Origin: an uncultured Bacteroidia bacterium
GTDB taxonomy: Bacteria > Bacteroidota > Bacteroidia > Bacteroidales > UBA932
Length of the DNA: 64,000 nucleotides
Reading direction: 5' to 3'
Assembly: GCA_902789435.1 (NCBI GenBank)
Contig: CADAOA010000002.1
Coordinates: 27,285 to 91,284, forward strand
Within the stretch, counting starts at the first letter, position 1, and every line of letters starts with the position of its first letter. Below are positions 1 through 9,709 of this stretch, piece after piece. The position numbers were made by a program, and so were the translations under genes. Under the pieces are notes generated by a model. It was not told where the DNA came from. It ran no database searches and saw nothing but the letters and a program-made list of their open reading frames with translations.

Positions 1-1
1 T

Positions 2-778
2 ACGGATATCACGGGATTTGTTGCCTCGACATACAAAAGAGGTGTCAGATTCGGCCTTGTGCCAACCACCCTTCTCGCTTCAGCGGATGCCGCCCTCGGA
101 GGGAAAAATGGAGTCAACCATCTGGGCATCAAGAATATGATAGGTACCATCACCCAGCCTGAATGGGTATTCCAGTCTCCGGCATTCTTCAAGACTTTGT
201 CCAGGCGCATCTTCAGGGAAGGAATCGCCGAGGTACTTAAGACATTCTTCATTTTCAGTCCGGACCTCTATGGGTTTGCCGTTTCTTTCTTCAGCGGTTA
301 TGACCACAGGAATCCTTCCAAAAAGGAAGAAAGGATATTGGAAAGGATAATAAAAGAATGTGCACGGCTCAAGATGGAGATTGTCAGAAAAGACGAAAAG
401 GACAGGGGAGAAAGAATGGTGCTGAATCTCGGGCACACTTTCGGCCACGCCCTGGAGAACTGGGCGGCGGAAAACCGCAAAAACATCCTCCACGGAGAAG
501 CAGTGGCGGCGGGAATCGTGCTTTCCGCAAAGGTCTGTGCAGCATTGGACCTCTGCCCTAAAAACCTTGCCGGGGAATTGGCGGAAGACTTCAAGGCGGT
601 AGGCCTTCCATCTTCCTTCGGGGTCCGCGTTTCCCAGATTTTCAAGGCAATAGAACAAGACAAGAAAGCTTCTTCAGACACCGTTACCCTTATACTTCCT
701 ATAGAACCGGGGAACGTTGTCCGGTATATTATTCCGGTGGGAGACCTCCGGAAACTTTGCTCCCGCCTTATGATTTGA
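2..778 (+). CDS. aroB: 3-dehydroquinate synthase, C-terminal ~258 aa (5' end lies upstream of the window)
   Basis: Frame 2 is open from nt 2 (TDITGFVASTYKRGVRFGLVPTTLLA...), so the track ORF 59..778 is only the part after the first ATG. DHQS-type motifs VPTTLLAxxDAxxGGK and NLGHTFGHALE. First gene of an aro row. Confidence 0.85.
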   Translation, partial: TDITGFVASTYKRGVRFGLVPTTLLASADAALGGKNGVNHLGIKNMIGTITQPEWVFQSPAFFKTLSRRIFREGIAEVLKTFFIFSPDLYGFAVSFFSGYDHRNPSKKEERILERIIKECARLKMEIVRKDEKDRGERMVLNLGHTFGHALENWAAENRKNILHGEAVAAGIVLSAKVCAALDLCPKNLAGELAEDFKAVGLPSSFGVRVSQIFKAIEQDKKASSDTVTLILPIEPGNVVRYIIPVGDLRKLCSRLMI

Positions 779-780
779 CT

Positions 781-2910
781 ATGATGATCTGCGCCAGCAT
801 CGGAGAAAAAGATTTCGGGAAATGCAGGCAGTTGCTTTCCTCCTTCAGGTTCTGTGAACTGAGGGGAGATCTATGCTGCCTGTCTTCAAAGGAGGTGGAG
901 GAGGTCCTGGAAGAAAACAGGAATACCATCTTCACTTACAGATTTACAGAGTCCGATAAAAATATATCCCTGGAGCAGACGCTTCTTGCCATTGAGAAAG
1001 GAGTATGGGGAGTGGACCTTGACCTTGGAGTTCCCTCAGATTATCTCTCAGCTGTCAGGAAGGCCCTTGCGAAACATCCCGCCACAAAACTTATAATCAG
1101 CTGGCACTCAGATTCAATGCCGGAGTTTGGACATCTTAGGAAAATCGCGGAGGATTGCAAGAAAAAAGGTGCTGACATTGTAAAGGTTGCCCCAACCGCA
1201 AAGACATTGGAAGAAGCCTCCAGGGTTCTGAGGCTCTATTTCAGCGATGAGGTAGAAAGAGACCGCCTCATCGCATTTGCCCAGGGAGAGGCGGGGCGCT
1301 GGACAAGATTAGCCTGTCTTGGCCTCGGCTGTCCGGTTTCCTATGCCTCCTCGGGCAAGGCCACGGCAGAAGGACAGTTCAACTATGAGGAAATGTCACG
1401 TCAGGCAAACGGCATTCCTTACCACATCGATGATATTTCCCAAAGCGGACTTTTCTCACGCTTTTGCGAAAAGAGTTCTCCTTCCAAAAAGAAGAGAAAA
1501 ACAGCTTCCGTATGCATTCCGTGCTCAAAAAGCATAGTCCAAAGAGCACTTCTGGCCGCTGCCATATCTAACGGGCAGAGCGTTCTTAGGAATTTTGACT
1601 CTTGCCAGGATATAAAGTCTGCCATAGCCTTTGTCCGCAAGTGCGGGTGCGTGGTCAAGTCAACCCGGGACGGAAGCAGTGCCAGGGGAGAGAAAATGCT
1701 CATTGTGAGGAGTGCCGGCATTTCCAAATGGAAGTCTTTCCAGACGGCAGAGGCCGGACAGAGCGCCCTGCTTCTGAGGATGCTTCTTCCGCTCTGCGCC
1801 TATGCTTCCAGCTTGAGGAACCACACGGCCATCTCTTCCAGGATAACCGTTACTGGAGATGGTTCCCTGACCCGGAGAAGTCTGGTTTCAGACATCCAGT
1901 CTCTGAAAAGCGCAGGAGTTAAATGTAATGGAACTACAGTACCTGTAACCCTCAGCGGAGCTTCTTTCCGCAAAGCTTTCACTATCTCCGGCAAAGATTC
2001 TTCTCAAACCGTAACGGGACTTCTTATGGTACTTCCGATGCTAAGGCATGATACTCTCCTTACTGTTGAAGACGCATCCAGCATCCCTTACATAGACCTT
2101 ACGATCAAAGTCCTTGGTGCATTTGGAATAACACTTGATTACAAGCGGGAAGGCCGTACCCTTCATTTTGAAATAGAAGGGCGTCAATCTTATTCCCCGG
2201 TAGACATGTTCCTGGAAAGCGACTGGAGCGGAGCTTCCAATTTCCTTGTTGGAGGAGCCATAGCTTCCGTGGTTTCCAAGCGTCTTGAAAACCACCAGGA
2301 TTTCACGGTTAAGAAGATGGATTCCCCTTCTGCCCAGGCAGATGAAAGAATACTGGAAGTTCTCTCCCGGTGTGGAGTGGATATAAAATCAGAAGCCACT
2401 GACAGAAATGAATTTTCTCCGGTCTCAGACTTCAGGTATGATACACGCCGGCATAATTTCCAGAACCTGGCCGACATTAACGTTGAGGCTAAAACGCTTA
2501 AAGCCTTCTCGTTTGACGCAACGGACAGCCCTGACCTCTTCCCTATTCTGACAACTTTGGCTGTCTACTGCAACGGACAAAGCCGGATAAACGGACTGCA
2601 CCGCCTCCAGAACAAGGAAAGTAACCGTGCCGAAACCATTCTCCTGGAGTTCAGCAGGATGGGTTACGCCCTTCACATCGAGGAAGATGAACTGGTAATA
2701 GACGGAAACGGTGGTGTGGCAGTCTGCCCGGAAAAAAGAATCCTCTGCTCCTCCCACAATGACCACAGGATTGCGATGGCAGTGATAATCTGTGCAATGT
2801 TCCGAAAGCATTTCAACACAGAGCCTGGTGATGTACTCCTCGACGATATAGACTGCATCGGCAAATCTTTCCCTACATTTGTGGAAAGGCTCCAGATAAA
2901 CGGACAATAG
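781..2910 (+). CDS. aroA: Fusion protein: type I 3-dehydroquinate dehydratase (N-terminal ~230 aa) + 3-phosphoshikimate 1-carboxyvinyltransferase (EPSP synthase, C-terminal ~460 aa)
   Basis: N-terminal part: ELRGDL, SWHS (His) and VKVAP (Schiff-base Lys) align by eye to E. coli AroD EWRVDH/SNHDF/PKIAL. C-terminal part: CSKSIVQRALL, SSQTVTGLLM, SPDLFP, NKESNR, NDHRIAM and GKSFPTF match EPSPS catalytic motifs. I prefer the ATG at 781 (MMICASIG), 2 nt after the aroB stop, over the track start 757, which overlaps aroB. Confidence 0.8.
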   Translation: MMICASIGEKDFGKCRQLLSSFRFCELRGDLCCLSSKEVEEVLEENRNTIFTYRFTESDKNISLEQTLLAIEKGVWGVDLDLGVPSDYLSAVRKALAKHPATKLIISWHSDSMPEFGHLRKIAEDCKKKGADIVKVAPTAKTLEEASRVLRLYFSDEVERDRLIAFAQGEAGRWTRLACLGLGCPVSYASSGKATAEGQFNYEEMSRQANGIPYHIDDISQSGLFSRFCEKSSPSKKKRKTASVCIPCSKSIVQRALLAAAISNGQSVLRNFDSCQDIKSAIAFVRKCGCVVKSTRDGSSARGEKMLIVRSAGISKWKSFQTAEAGQSALLLRMLLPLCAYASSLRNHTAISSRITVTGDGSLTRRSLVSDIQSLKSAGVKCNGTTVPVTLSGASFRKAFTISGKDSSQTVTGLLMVLPMLRHDTLLTVEDASSIPYIDLTIKVLGAFGITLDYKREGRTLHFEIEGRQSYSPVDMFLESDWSGASNFLVGGAIASVVSKRLENHQDFTVKKMDSPSAQADERILEVLSRCGVDIKSEATDRNEFSPVSDFRYDTRRHNFQNLADINVEAKTLKAFSFDATDSPDLFPILTTLAVYCNGQSRINGLHRLQNKESNRAETILLEFSRMGYALHIEEDELVIDGNGGVAVCPEKRILCSSHNDHRIAMAVIICAMFRKHFNTEPGDVLLDDIDCIGKSFPTFVERLQINGQ

Positions 2911-2921
2911 ACAAGAACAAT

Positions 2922-3941
2922 ATGAACACCTACGGAAAGAACTTTACAATCACCATATTCGGAGAATCCCACGGACCGTTTGCCGGTGTCGTGATAGATG
3001 GGATAAAGCCTGGCATCAAGCTTTCTGAAGAAGATTTCAGGGAAGACCTGGAAAGAAGAAAGAACGGAGACATCCCTTCTCTTTCGAAAGGAGTTACAGC
3101 CAGACAGGAAGAAGATATCCCTATTTTCATTTCCGGACTTCTGGACGGAGTTGCCACTGGAGCTCCCCTTGCCATCCTTTTTGAAAACAGGAACCAGCAA
3201 TCCAAAGACTACAGCGCCTTCAAGGATCAGCCAAGACCTTCCCACGCAGACTTCGCCGCTTTTTCCAAGTTCAAAGGATTCAACGATATACGTGGTGGCG
3301 GAATGTTCTCCGGAAGAATGACTCTTCCGCTTGTGGCCGCCGGTACGGTTGCAAGGAAATCCCTTGAAAACGCAGGATTCAACATTACTTTCAAAGCCGT
3401 GATTTCTGCCATCGGAGGAAATAAGGATGCCGATAAATGGGAAGAAATCATCAGTAGTGCCAAAGCCGAGGGAGATTCCCTAGGAGGAGAAATCATCTGC
3501 AGGATTGACGGAGTTCCTGCCGGAAAGGGAGCGCCTTTTTTCGACTCGCTGGAATCCCAGATAGCCCATCTGGCGTTTTCCGTTCCCGGAGTCAAGGGAA
3601 TACAGTTCGGGGATTTTTCAGATTCACCTGAAGGAAAGAACAAGGCATCGCTGATGAAAGGCTCGGAATTCAACGACCCTATAATCGACTCCCAAGGTCA
3701 TACCTCCACCAACCACAGCGGCGGAATCAACGGAGGCCTCTCCAACGGCAATCCTATAGTTTTCACCCTGGATATCAGGCCTGCGGCAAGCATAGCCAAA
3801 GCCCAGCAGACCTTCAATTTCAAAAGCGGCAAGACAGAAAAACTGAGCATCGGAGGCCGTCACGACGCATGCATAGCTCTCCGATGCCCTGTAATTGCTG
3901 AATCCGTTGCCGCCATAGCTCTGGCGGACATCCTTTTATAG
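2922..3941 (+). CDS. aroC: chorismate synthase
   Basis: N-terminal FGESHG motif, GGGMFSGR, GGRHDAC. Follows aroA in the same orientation. Confidence 0.9.
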   Translation: MNTYGKNFTITIFGESHGPFAGVVIDGIKPGIKLSEEDFREDLERRKNGDIPSLSKGVTARQEEDIPIFISGLLDGVATGAPLAILFENRNQQSKDYSAFKDQPRPSHADFAAFSKFKGFNDIRGGGMFSGRMTLPLVAAGTVARKSLENAGFNITFKAVISAIGGNKDADKWEEIISSAKAEGDSLGGEIICRIDGVPAGKGAPFFDSLESQIAHLAFSVPGVKGIQFGDFSDSPEGKNKASLMKGSEFNDPIIDSQGHTSTNHSGGINGGLSNGNPIVFTLDIRPAASIAKAQQTFNFKSGKTEKLSIGGRHDACIALRCPVIAESVAAIALADILL

Positions 3942-5150
3942 GCTCGGCATAAGGATAGAACCGGCCACTACGGTGGAAACCTTTGCCCTTACAGGAGCCA
4001 TATTTCCAGTATCGTAAGGATGAACCCTGTTAGCCAGGATGATAACTGCGGTCTTGGTAGCAGGATCAATCACGATGGAAGGTCCGGTGTAGCCAGTATG
4101 CCCGAAAGCTTCCTCGGAGAAGAGATCTCCTGCCGTGTAGTAATGGACATCATTATCCCAGCCCAGGGTACGGCCGAATCGGCGAACCTCTCTTGGAACG
4201 GTTCTCATCGCCTTCACGGTAAGAGGGCCGAGAATTCTCTTTCCGTCATACTCGCCGCCATTAAGAAGAGCCGCGCAGATAACAGCAAGGTCCTCGGCGT
4301 TGGAGAATACTCCTGCATTACCTGAATTGCCGTTTCCGCAAACCCTTGCCAGAGGATCGTGAACCTCACCGATAAGGCATTTCCCGTCAGGCTGCTTCTC
4401 TGTCGGGGCCACCAGTTTCATTATATGTTTCTTCTTCAGAAGCTTCGGGTTATAGGTAGTGTACTCCAGGCCGAGGCGGTCAAACACGTTCTCCTGGGCA
4501 TAATCCTGGAGTTTCATTCCGGTAACCTTCTGAAGCACGTTTTGCAGAGTTATGAAGTTCAGGCAGCTGTAAACGTGACCGTTTGCAGGTCTGTAAACCC
4601 TCTTGCAGTGGCTGATCCAGTCTATAAGATTGGCGGCATCTGCCTTTCCGTACTTCTCTTCAATAACAGAAGGGTTCACGTATGCCGGCAGACCGCTGGT
4701 ATGTGTCAGAAGGTCTATGATCCTGATATGTACCTTCTTGCCATCTTCATCCACATAAGGCTCGAAATCCGGGAGATACATATCGACCCTGTCTATCAGA
4801 CGGACTTTCCCCTGTTCTATCAGCTGCATGAAACTCAGGGTTGTTCCCACGCACTTGCTGCAGGATGCAAGGTCAAAAACGGTGTTCTCCGTCATCTTCT
4901 CCTTCTTAGGATAGATGGCCTTGTTGCCGTAGGCCTTCAGGAAGACAACCTTGTCTTTTCTTACGACACAAACCACGGCACCTGGCATCAGGGTATCCTT
5001 GATGGCCTCTTCTATGATGTTGTCAATTCCGGAAAGTCTCTGGGAAGACATACCCATGAGCTCCGGTGTGGAACGCTCGAGCCTGGTTCCCTGAGCCGCC
5101 ACAAAAAGGCACGAGAGAACGGCCGCTGTCAAACAGAATAATTTCTTCAT
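3936..5150 (-). CDS. serine hydrolase, beta-lactamase/PBP4*-like family, secreted
   Basis: N-terminal signal peptide. S-x-x-K motif (ASCSKCVG) and HTG box (FGHTGYTG) typical of class C beta-lactamase-fold hydrolases. Confidence 0.7.
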   Translation of the reverse strand: MKKLFCLTAAVLSCLFVAAQGTRLERSTPELMGMSSQRLSGIDNIIEEAIKDTLMPGAVVCVVRKDKVVFLKAYGNKAIYPKKEKMTENTVFDLASCSKCVGTTLSFMQLIEQGKVRLIDRVDMYLPDFEPYVDEDGKKVHIRIIDLLTHTSGLPAYVNPSVIEEKYGKADAANLIDWISHCKRVYRPANGHVYSCLNFITLQNVLQKVTGMKLQDYAQENVFDRLGLEYTTYNPKLLKKKHIMKLVAPTEKQPDGKCLIGEVHDPLARVCGNGNSGNAGVFSNAEDLAVICAALLNGGEYDGKRILGPLTVKAMRTVPREVRRFGRTLGWDNDVHYYTAGDLFSEEAFGHTGYTGPSIVIDPATKTAVIILANRVHPYDTGNMAPVRAKVSTVVAGSILMPSL

Positions 5151-5199
5151 AACTGTAAATTATTATCGCGATATTTGTAAACACAAATTTAACAAAACT

Positions 5200-6318
5200 A
5201 TGAGAAAACACACCTGGATTCTTTGCATGGTTTTATGCCTGACTTTTTCCTGTTCCTCCGCAAGTAACCAGGAAAAACCTTCCGAAACTGTGGTTGAAAA
5301 AGAAAAATTTCCTGACACCCTTACAGTTGCGGTAGTGGGAGACATCATGATGGGAAACACTTTCCCTCACGACAGACTCCCGGCCGAGGACGGGAAGAGA
5401 CTGTTTGACGACGTGAAAGACCTCCTCAAGGGCGCGGATATCACCTGCGGAAACCTGGAAGGGACAATCGCAACCAGCGGAAAGCCGAGGAAAAACCTGG
5501 GAAGCCCGATGGCGTTCATGTTCATGATGCCTCCGCGATATACCCAGCATCTTCTGGATGCCGGCTTCGACTTTGTGGGCCTTGCCAACAACCACATCTA
5601 CGACTTCTTTGACGAGGCTATGACACAGACCGAACAGAATCTTCAGAAGGCCGGACTGGGATACGCAGGAGCCAAGGACCCGACCGGAAAGAACCCTCAT
5701 CAGGAATACTGCACCAAGACTTTCGTCCTCTCTTCCGGGGACAGCATCAAGGTGGGATTCAGCGCATTCGGGCACGAAGACTACAGCCTTAGGACAAGGG
5801 ATACCGCAACCGTCAAAAGAATTGTAAAGACCCTCAAGGAAGAACTTCTATGCGACATTGTCATCCTCAGTTTCCACGGCGGAAAGGAAGGTTCCGGAGC
5901 CAGGCATCTGCCTTACGGGTCCGAGAACTTCTACGGAGACGAACGCGGATTCCTAAGGGACTTCGCGCATTTTGCCATAGACTGCGGAGCGGATGTCATC
6001 TACGGTCACGGACCACATGTTGTAAGGGCCGTAGAACTCTATAAAGACCGCTTCATCGCCTACAGCCTGGGCAATTTCTGCACAGCGGGTATGGGAACTT
6101 CCGGCCTGGTCGGCTATGCTCCCCTCGTAAGAATAAGGATAGACGACAAGGGAAAATTCATAGACGGCAAAATCCACTCTTTCCTCCAGCTGCCGATGAA
6201 AGGCCCGAAGACAGACGCCAGGAATACAGTGGCAAAGGAAATCGCCTCCCTTACAAAGGAAGATATCAAAGATTCCGCCCTGGACATCGCAGAGGACGGG
6301 ACAATAACCAGAAAATAA
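5200..6318 (+). CDS. CapA/PGA_cap family metallophosphatase-like lipoprotein
   Basis: Lipoprotein signal (LTFSCSS). VVGDIMMG, GNLEG, LANNH and SFHGGKE motifs typical of the CapA family. Confidence 0.7.
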   Translation: MRKHTWILCMVLCLTFSCSSASNQEKPSETVVEKEKFPDTLTVAVVGDIMMGNTFPHDRLPAEDGKRLFDDVKDLLKGADITCGNLEGTIATSGKPRKNLGSPMAFMFMMPPRYTQHLLDAGFDFVGLANNHIYDFFDEAMTQTEQNLQKAGLGYAGAKDPTGKNPHQEYCTKTFVLSSGDSIKVGFSAFGHEDYSLRTRDTATVKRIVKTLKEELLCDIVILSFHGGKEGSGARHLPYGSENFYGDERGFLRDFAHFAIDCGADVIYGHGPHVVRAVELYKDRFIAYSLGNFCTAGMGTSGLVGYAPLVRIRIDDKGKFIDGKIHSFLQLPMKGPKTDARNTVAKEIASLTKEDIKDSALDIAEDGTITRK

Positions 6319-6364
6319 TAACTTTGACTATATTTGTATAGAATAATCCAAACGCTAAGCTTCA

Positions 6365-7108
6365 ATGAAAACTTTTAAGACAATCTCGCTTTGCCTGATC
6401 CTTTCTTCAGTGGTTCTATCCAGCTGCAAGAATTCAGGCGAGGCACAGAAAAAGGATGAGGCTCCGAAGGCCGAGGTCTCTGAAGTTCAGGTTCCTGAGC
6501 ATTACTCCCTTCCGGCAGAACTTCAGTATGCCGAGCCCGAGACCTATCAGGTAGAAGACAAGACCTATCCTCTTTACCTTTTTGACAAGTTCTATCCGAT
6601 AGGATGGAGCAAGGACGGAAAGCTGGCCTATATGGAAGAGCCGGCGGACGAAGCCGTGGGAGCATATTTCTTCCAGTTCCACATCTATGACCTGAACACC
6701 GGGAAAGATGTCTTCACCTGGAAGCCGGAAGAAGACCCGATGGATGGCAGCCTGGCCCAGATGTTTGAAGACAACAAGCCTCTGTTTGAGAGCAAGCTCA
6801 AGGAGAACGGCATTGTCCCTCAGCAGTTCAAGTTAGAAGAAACTGATGCCAAGATGGACAAGACCATGGCTGAAAGTTCCTTCTTGAGTTGCGATGTCGT
6901 CAAGGCGGTGAAGATAACCAGAGGCGGAGAGGTCATCTACAATAACGAGAACAACGAGGAATACAACGGCAATCTTTCCCAGGATATCGCCGGAGTTCTC
7001 AAATGTCCTTACAACGATATCTCTGCCATAATGGTCAAAACCGTCCAGAGAGGATATGAAGGTCCGCCTCACGTATATTCCTTCTACTTTGTAAAGGACG
7101 GCAAATAA
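6365..7108 (+). CDS. hypothetical lipoprotein
   Basis: Signal peptide with lipobox (VLSSC). I recognise no family. The stop codon abuts the next start (TAAATG). Confidence 0.55.
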   Translation: MKTFKTISLCLILSSVVLSSCKNSGEAQKKDEAPKAEVSEVQVPEHYSLPAELQYAEPETYQVEDKTYPLYLFDKFYPIGWSKDGKLAYMEEPADEAVGAYFFQFHIYDLNTGKDVFTWKPEEDPMDGSLAQMFEDNKPLFESKLKENGIVPQQFKLEETDAKMDKTMAESSFLSCDVVKAVKITRGGEVIYNNENNEEYNGNLSQDIAGVLKCPYNDISAIMVKTVQRGYEGPPHVYSFYFVKDGK

Positions 7109-8407
7109 ATGGTCTTCAGACAAATAGGAACAGTTCTTCTGGCCGCGCTTGTTTGTGCGGCCAGTTGTACTGGTTCCCCTGGCGAAACCGTCGCTGAGCC
7201 AAAACCGGTTAACGAGGATTCCCTCAGGCACGTCTCCCAGGTGGATTCGCTCATGCAGCGGCTTTCTGTAAAGGAGAAGGTTGCCCAGCTGTTCATCATC
7301 GAGATAAGCCGGTTCCCCGACAAGAACACCAAGGAATTCCATAAGATGCTGGTGGAAAACTACGGCATCGGAAGCCTTATCCTGATGAAAGGCCCTGTAA
7401 AGCAGTTCATCGACCACGTCAACCAGCTTCAGGCCGCATCAGACATCCCGCTTCTGGTTGCAGTGGATGCGGAATGGGGAGCTGCGATGAGGTTTCCGGA
7501 ATACTGCCCCTATCCGAGGCAGGCGCTTCTGGGCAGGATGGAAAACCGCGCTGACCTTATGTACCAGATGGGAAGGAATGTCGGACGGGAACTTAAGGAT
7601 CTGAACATTCTCATAAATCTTGCGCCTGTGGCCGATGTCTGCGCCGACCCTTACAACAAGGCCGAGAGCCAGAGGTCCTTCGGCGGAGACCCTGACCTGG
7701 TGGCTGAATATGCCTCAGCCTATATGAAAGGCATGCAGGACGAGGGAATCTATGCCTGCGGAAAACATTACCCTGGCATCGGGGATTCTTATGTGGACTC
7801 CCACTATGCCCTTCCTGTGATAAGGCACAGCAGAGAGCATCTGGACACGGTTGACCTCTACCCTTACCGCCGTCTGATCGAGGAAGGGATGGAAATGGTG
7901 ATGATAGGCCACTTCTGCATACCGGATATAGACTCCACCGGAGTTCCGATGTCCATTTCCAGGGAATGTATAGACCAGGTACTCAAAAAAGACCAGGAAT
8001 TCAAGGGAGTGGTGATCACCGACGCCCTTCCGATGAAAGGCATAGCCAGAGGAAAAACAGCCCTCAAGGCAAATCTGGCCGTCTACCGTGGCGGAGCGGA
8101 TATGATACTTATGCCATCTGACGTTATCAAGACAATAGACGCCATAGCCGATTCCGTTTCCACCGGGGCCTTCCCTATTGAGGAACTGGACGCGAAAGTC
8201 CGCAAGGTCCTTGACCTGAAGGCCAGGGCCGGATACTTTGACGAGGGATTCAGCGCCCAGGTTACGGACCTTGACCGGAAAATAAGTGAAGCCCTGACCA
8301 GAGACACCGCCCTTGTTTTCAAGATGGAAAAGGCAATGGAAGAATCATCCAAACCAAAAATAAGGGCCTGGGGCAGAGACCGTACCCTTCTGCTCGACCG
8401 GAAATAA
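7109..8407 (+). CDS. glycoside hydrolase family 3 N-terminal-domain enzyme (NagZ-like beta-N-acetylhexosaminidase), lipoprotein
   Basis: KHYPGIGDSYVDSH (KHFPGHG..D.H-type motif), VVITDALPM nucleophile region, lipobox AASC. Single-domain GH3 of NagZ length. Confidence 0.8.
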   Translation: MVFRQIGTVLLAALVCAASCTGSPGETVAEPKPVNEDSLRHVSQVDSLMQRLSVKEKVAQLFIIEISRFPDKNTKEFHKMLVENYGIGSLILMKGPVKQFIDHVNQLQAASDIPLLVAVDAEWGAAMRFPEYCPYPRQALLGRMENRADLMYQMGRNVGRELKDLNILINLAPVADVCADPYNKAESQRSFGGDPDLVAEYASAYMKGMQDEGIYACGKHYPGIGDSYVDSHYALPVIRHSREHLDTVDLYPYRRLIEEGMEMVMIGHFCIPDIDSTGVPMSISRECIDQVLKKDQEFKGVVITDALPMKGIARGKTALKANLAVYRGGADMILMPSDVIKTIDAIADSVSTGAFPIEELDAKVRKVLDLKARAGYFDEGFSAQVTDLDRKISEALTRDTALVFKMEKAMEESSKPKIRAWGRDRTLLLDRK

Positions 8408-8419
8408 AAAGACAGAAAA

Positions 8420-9709
8420 ATGAAAAGAAACACAATGTTCATTTCCTCAGCGATTTTAACGGCGTTTGCTGCTTTGTTTTCCGTTTCCACAGCTCTCAGC
8501 CAAGACAAGGATTCTCTCAAGCACAAGGCGCAGGTAGAGTCTGCCCTTGAGAAAATGTCTGTAAGGCAGAAGGTAGCCCAGCTGTTCATAGTTTCCATAA
8601 GCCGACAGCCTTCAGAAAAGACCAAAGCCCTGCAAGAATCTCTTGTAAGGGATTATGGTATCGGGAATCTGATAATAATGAGGGGCCCTATCCACGAGTT
8701 CATGCCAAGGGTCAACTATCTTCAGACCCTGGCCAAAGTCCCTCTGATGATAGCCACCGACGCCGAATGGGGAGCCGCGATGAGGTTTTCCGAATATCTT
8801 TCATATCCGAGGCAGGCCCAACTGGGAAGAATAGAAAAAGGTGCAGAAAAGCTCCTCTACAAGATGGGCAGAAATGTGGGCAAGGAACTCAAAGACCTGA
8901 ACATCTATGTCAATTACGCTCCTGTTGCCGATGTCTCCGATGACGATGTGGCTTCTCTTTCACAACGCTCTTTCGGAAACGATCCAAAGCAAGTGTCCGC
9001 TCTTGCAACCGCCTATATGAAAGGCATGCAGGACGAAGGGATCTATGCCTGCGGAAAGCACTATCCAGGGCATGCCGGAACCAAGGTAGACGCCCATATT
9101 GCAATGCCGGTGCTGAACAAATCCAGAGCCGAAATGGAAGAGGTTGACATGTACCCGTACAACAGCTTGTTTGCCAACGGCCTGGAAATGGTGATGATAG
9201 GACATTACTCCATTCCTGCCATAGATCCAAGCGGAGTACCTATGTCCATTTCCCCGATACTGATGAACCAGGTGCTCAGGAAAGACCAGGGCTTCAAGGG
9301 AGTGGTAATCACCGACGCCGTAGCTATGGGCGGACTGACAAACGAAGGCAGAGGCCCGGTTGAAGCTTCAATGTCTGTCTATAGGGCAGGAGCCGATATG
9401 ATTTTGATGACAGACCAGCCAATAGAATGCATCGAGGCCATCACCGAGAAAATAGAAAAGGGAGTGTGGCCGGTGGAAGAACTGGACGCCAAAGTCAGGA
9501 AGGTGCTGATGCTCAAGGCCAGGGCCGGATTCCTGGAGAGCGGTTTCAATCCTGAGGTCAAGAATCTGGACCGCAAGATTGCCGCTGCCAGAAAAAGAGA
9601 CTACCGCCTGATAAAAAGGATGCAGCGCAAGATGCTAAAGTCAACCAAGCCTTACATCCCTCCAACCGGAGAAGACCGCACGCTAATCCTGGACAGAGCG
9701 GGAAAATAA
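8420..9709 (+). CDS. GH3 N-terminal-domain enzyme (NagZ-like), tandem paralog of the preceding gene
   Basis: Collinear with 7109..8407 over the whole length (DAEWGAAMRF, MGRNVGxELKDLNI, YMKGMQDEGIYACGKHYPG, EELDAKVRKVL). Signal peptide present. Confidence 0.8.
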   Translation: MKRNTMFISSAILTAFAALFSVSTALSQDKDSLKHKAQVESALEKMSVRQKVAQLFIVSISRQPSEKTKALQESLVRDYGIGNLIIMRGPIHEFMPRVNYLQTLAKVPLMIATDAEWGAAMRFSEYLSYPRQAQLGRIEKGAEKLLYKMGRNVGKELKDLNIYVNYAPVADVSDDDVASLSQRSFGNDPKQVSALATAYMKGMQDEGIYACGKHYPGHAGTKVDAHIAMPVLNKSRAEMEEVDMYPYNSLFANGLEMVMIGHYSIPAIDPSGVPMSISPILMNQVLRKDQGFKGVVITDAVAMGGLTNEGRGPVEASMSVYRAGADMILMTDQPIECIEAITEKIEKGVWPVEELDAKVRKVLMLKARAGFLESGFNPEVKNLDRKIAAARKRDYRLIKRMQRKMLKSTKPYIPPTGEDRTLILDRAGK

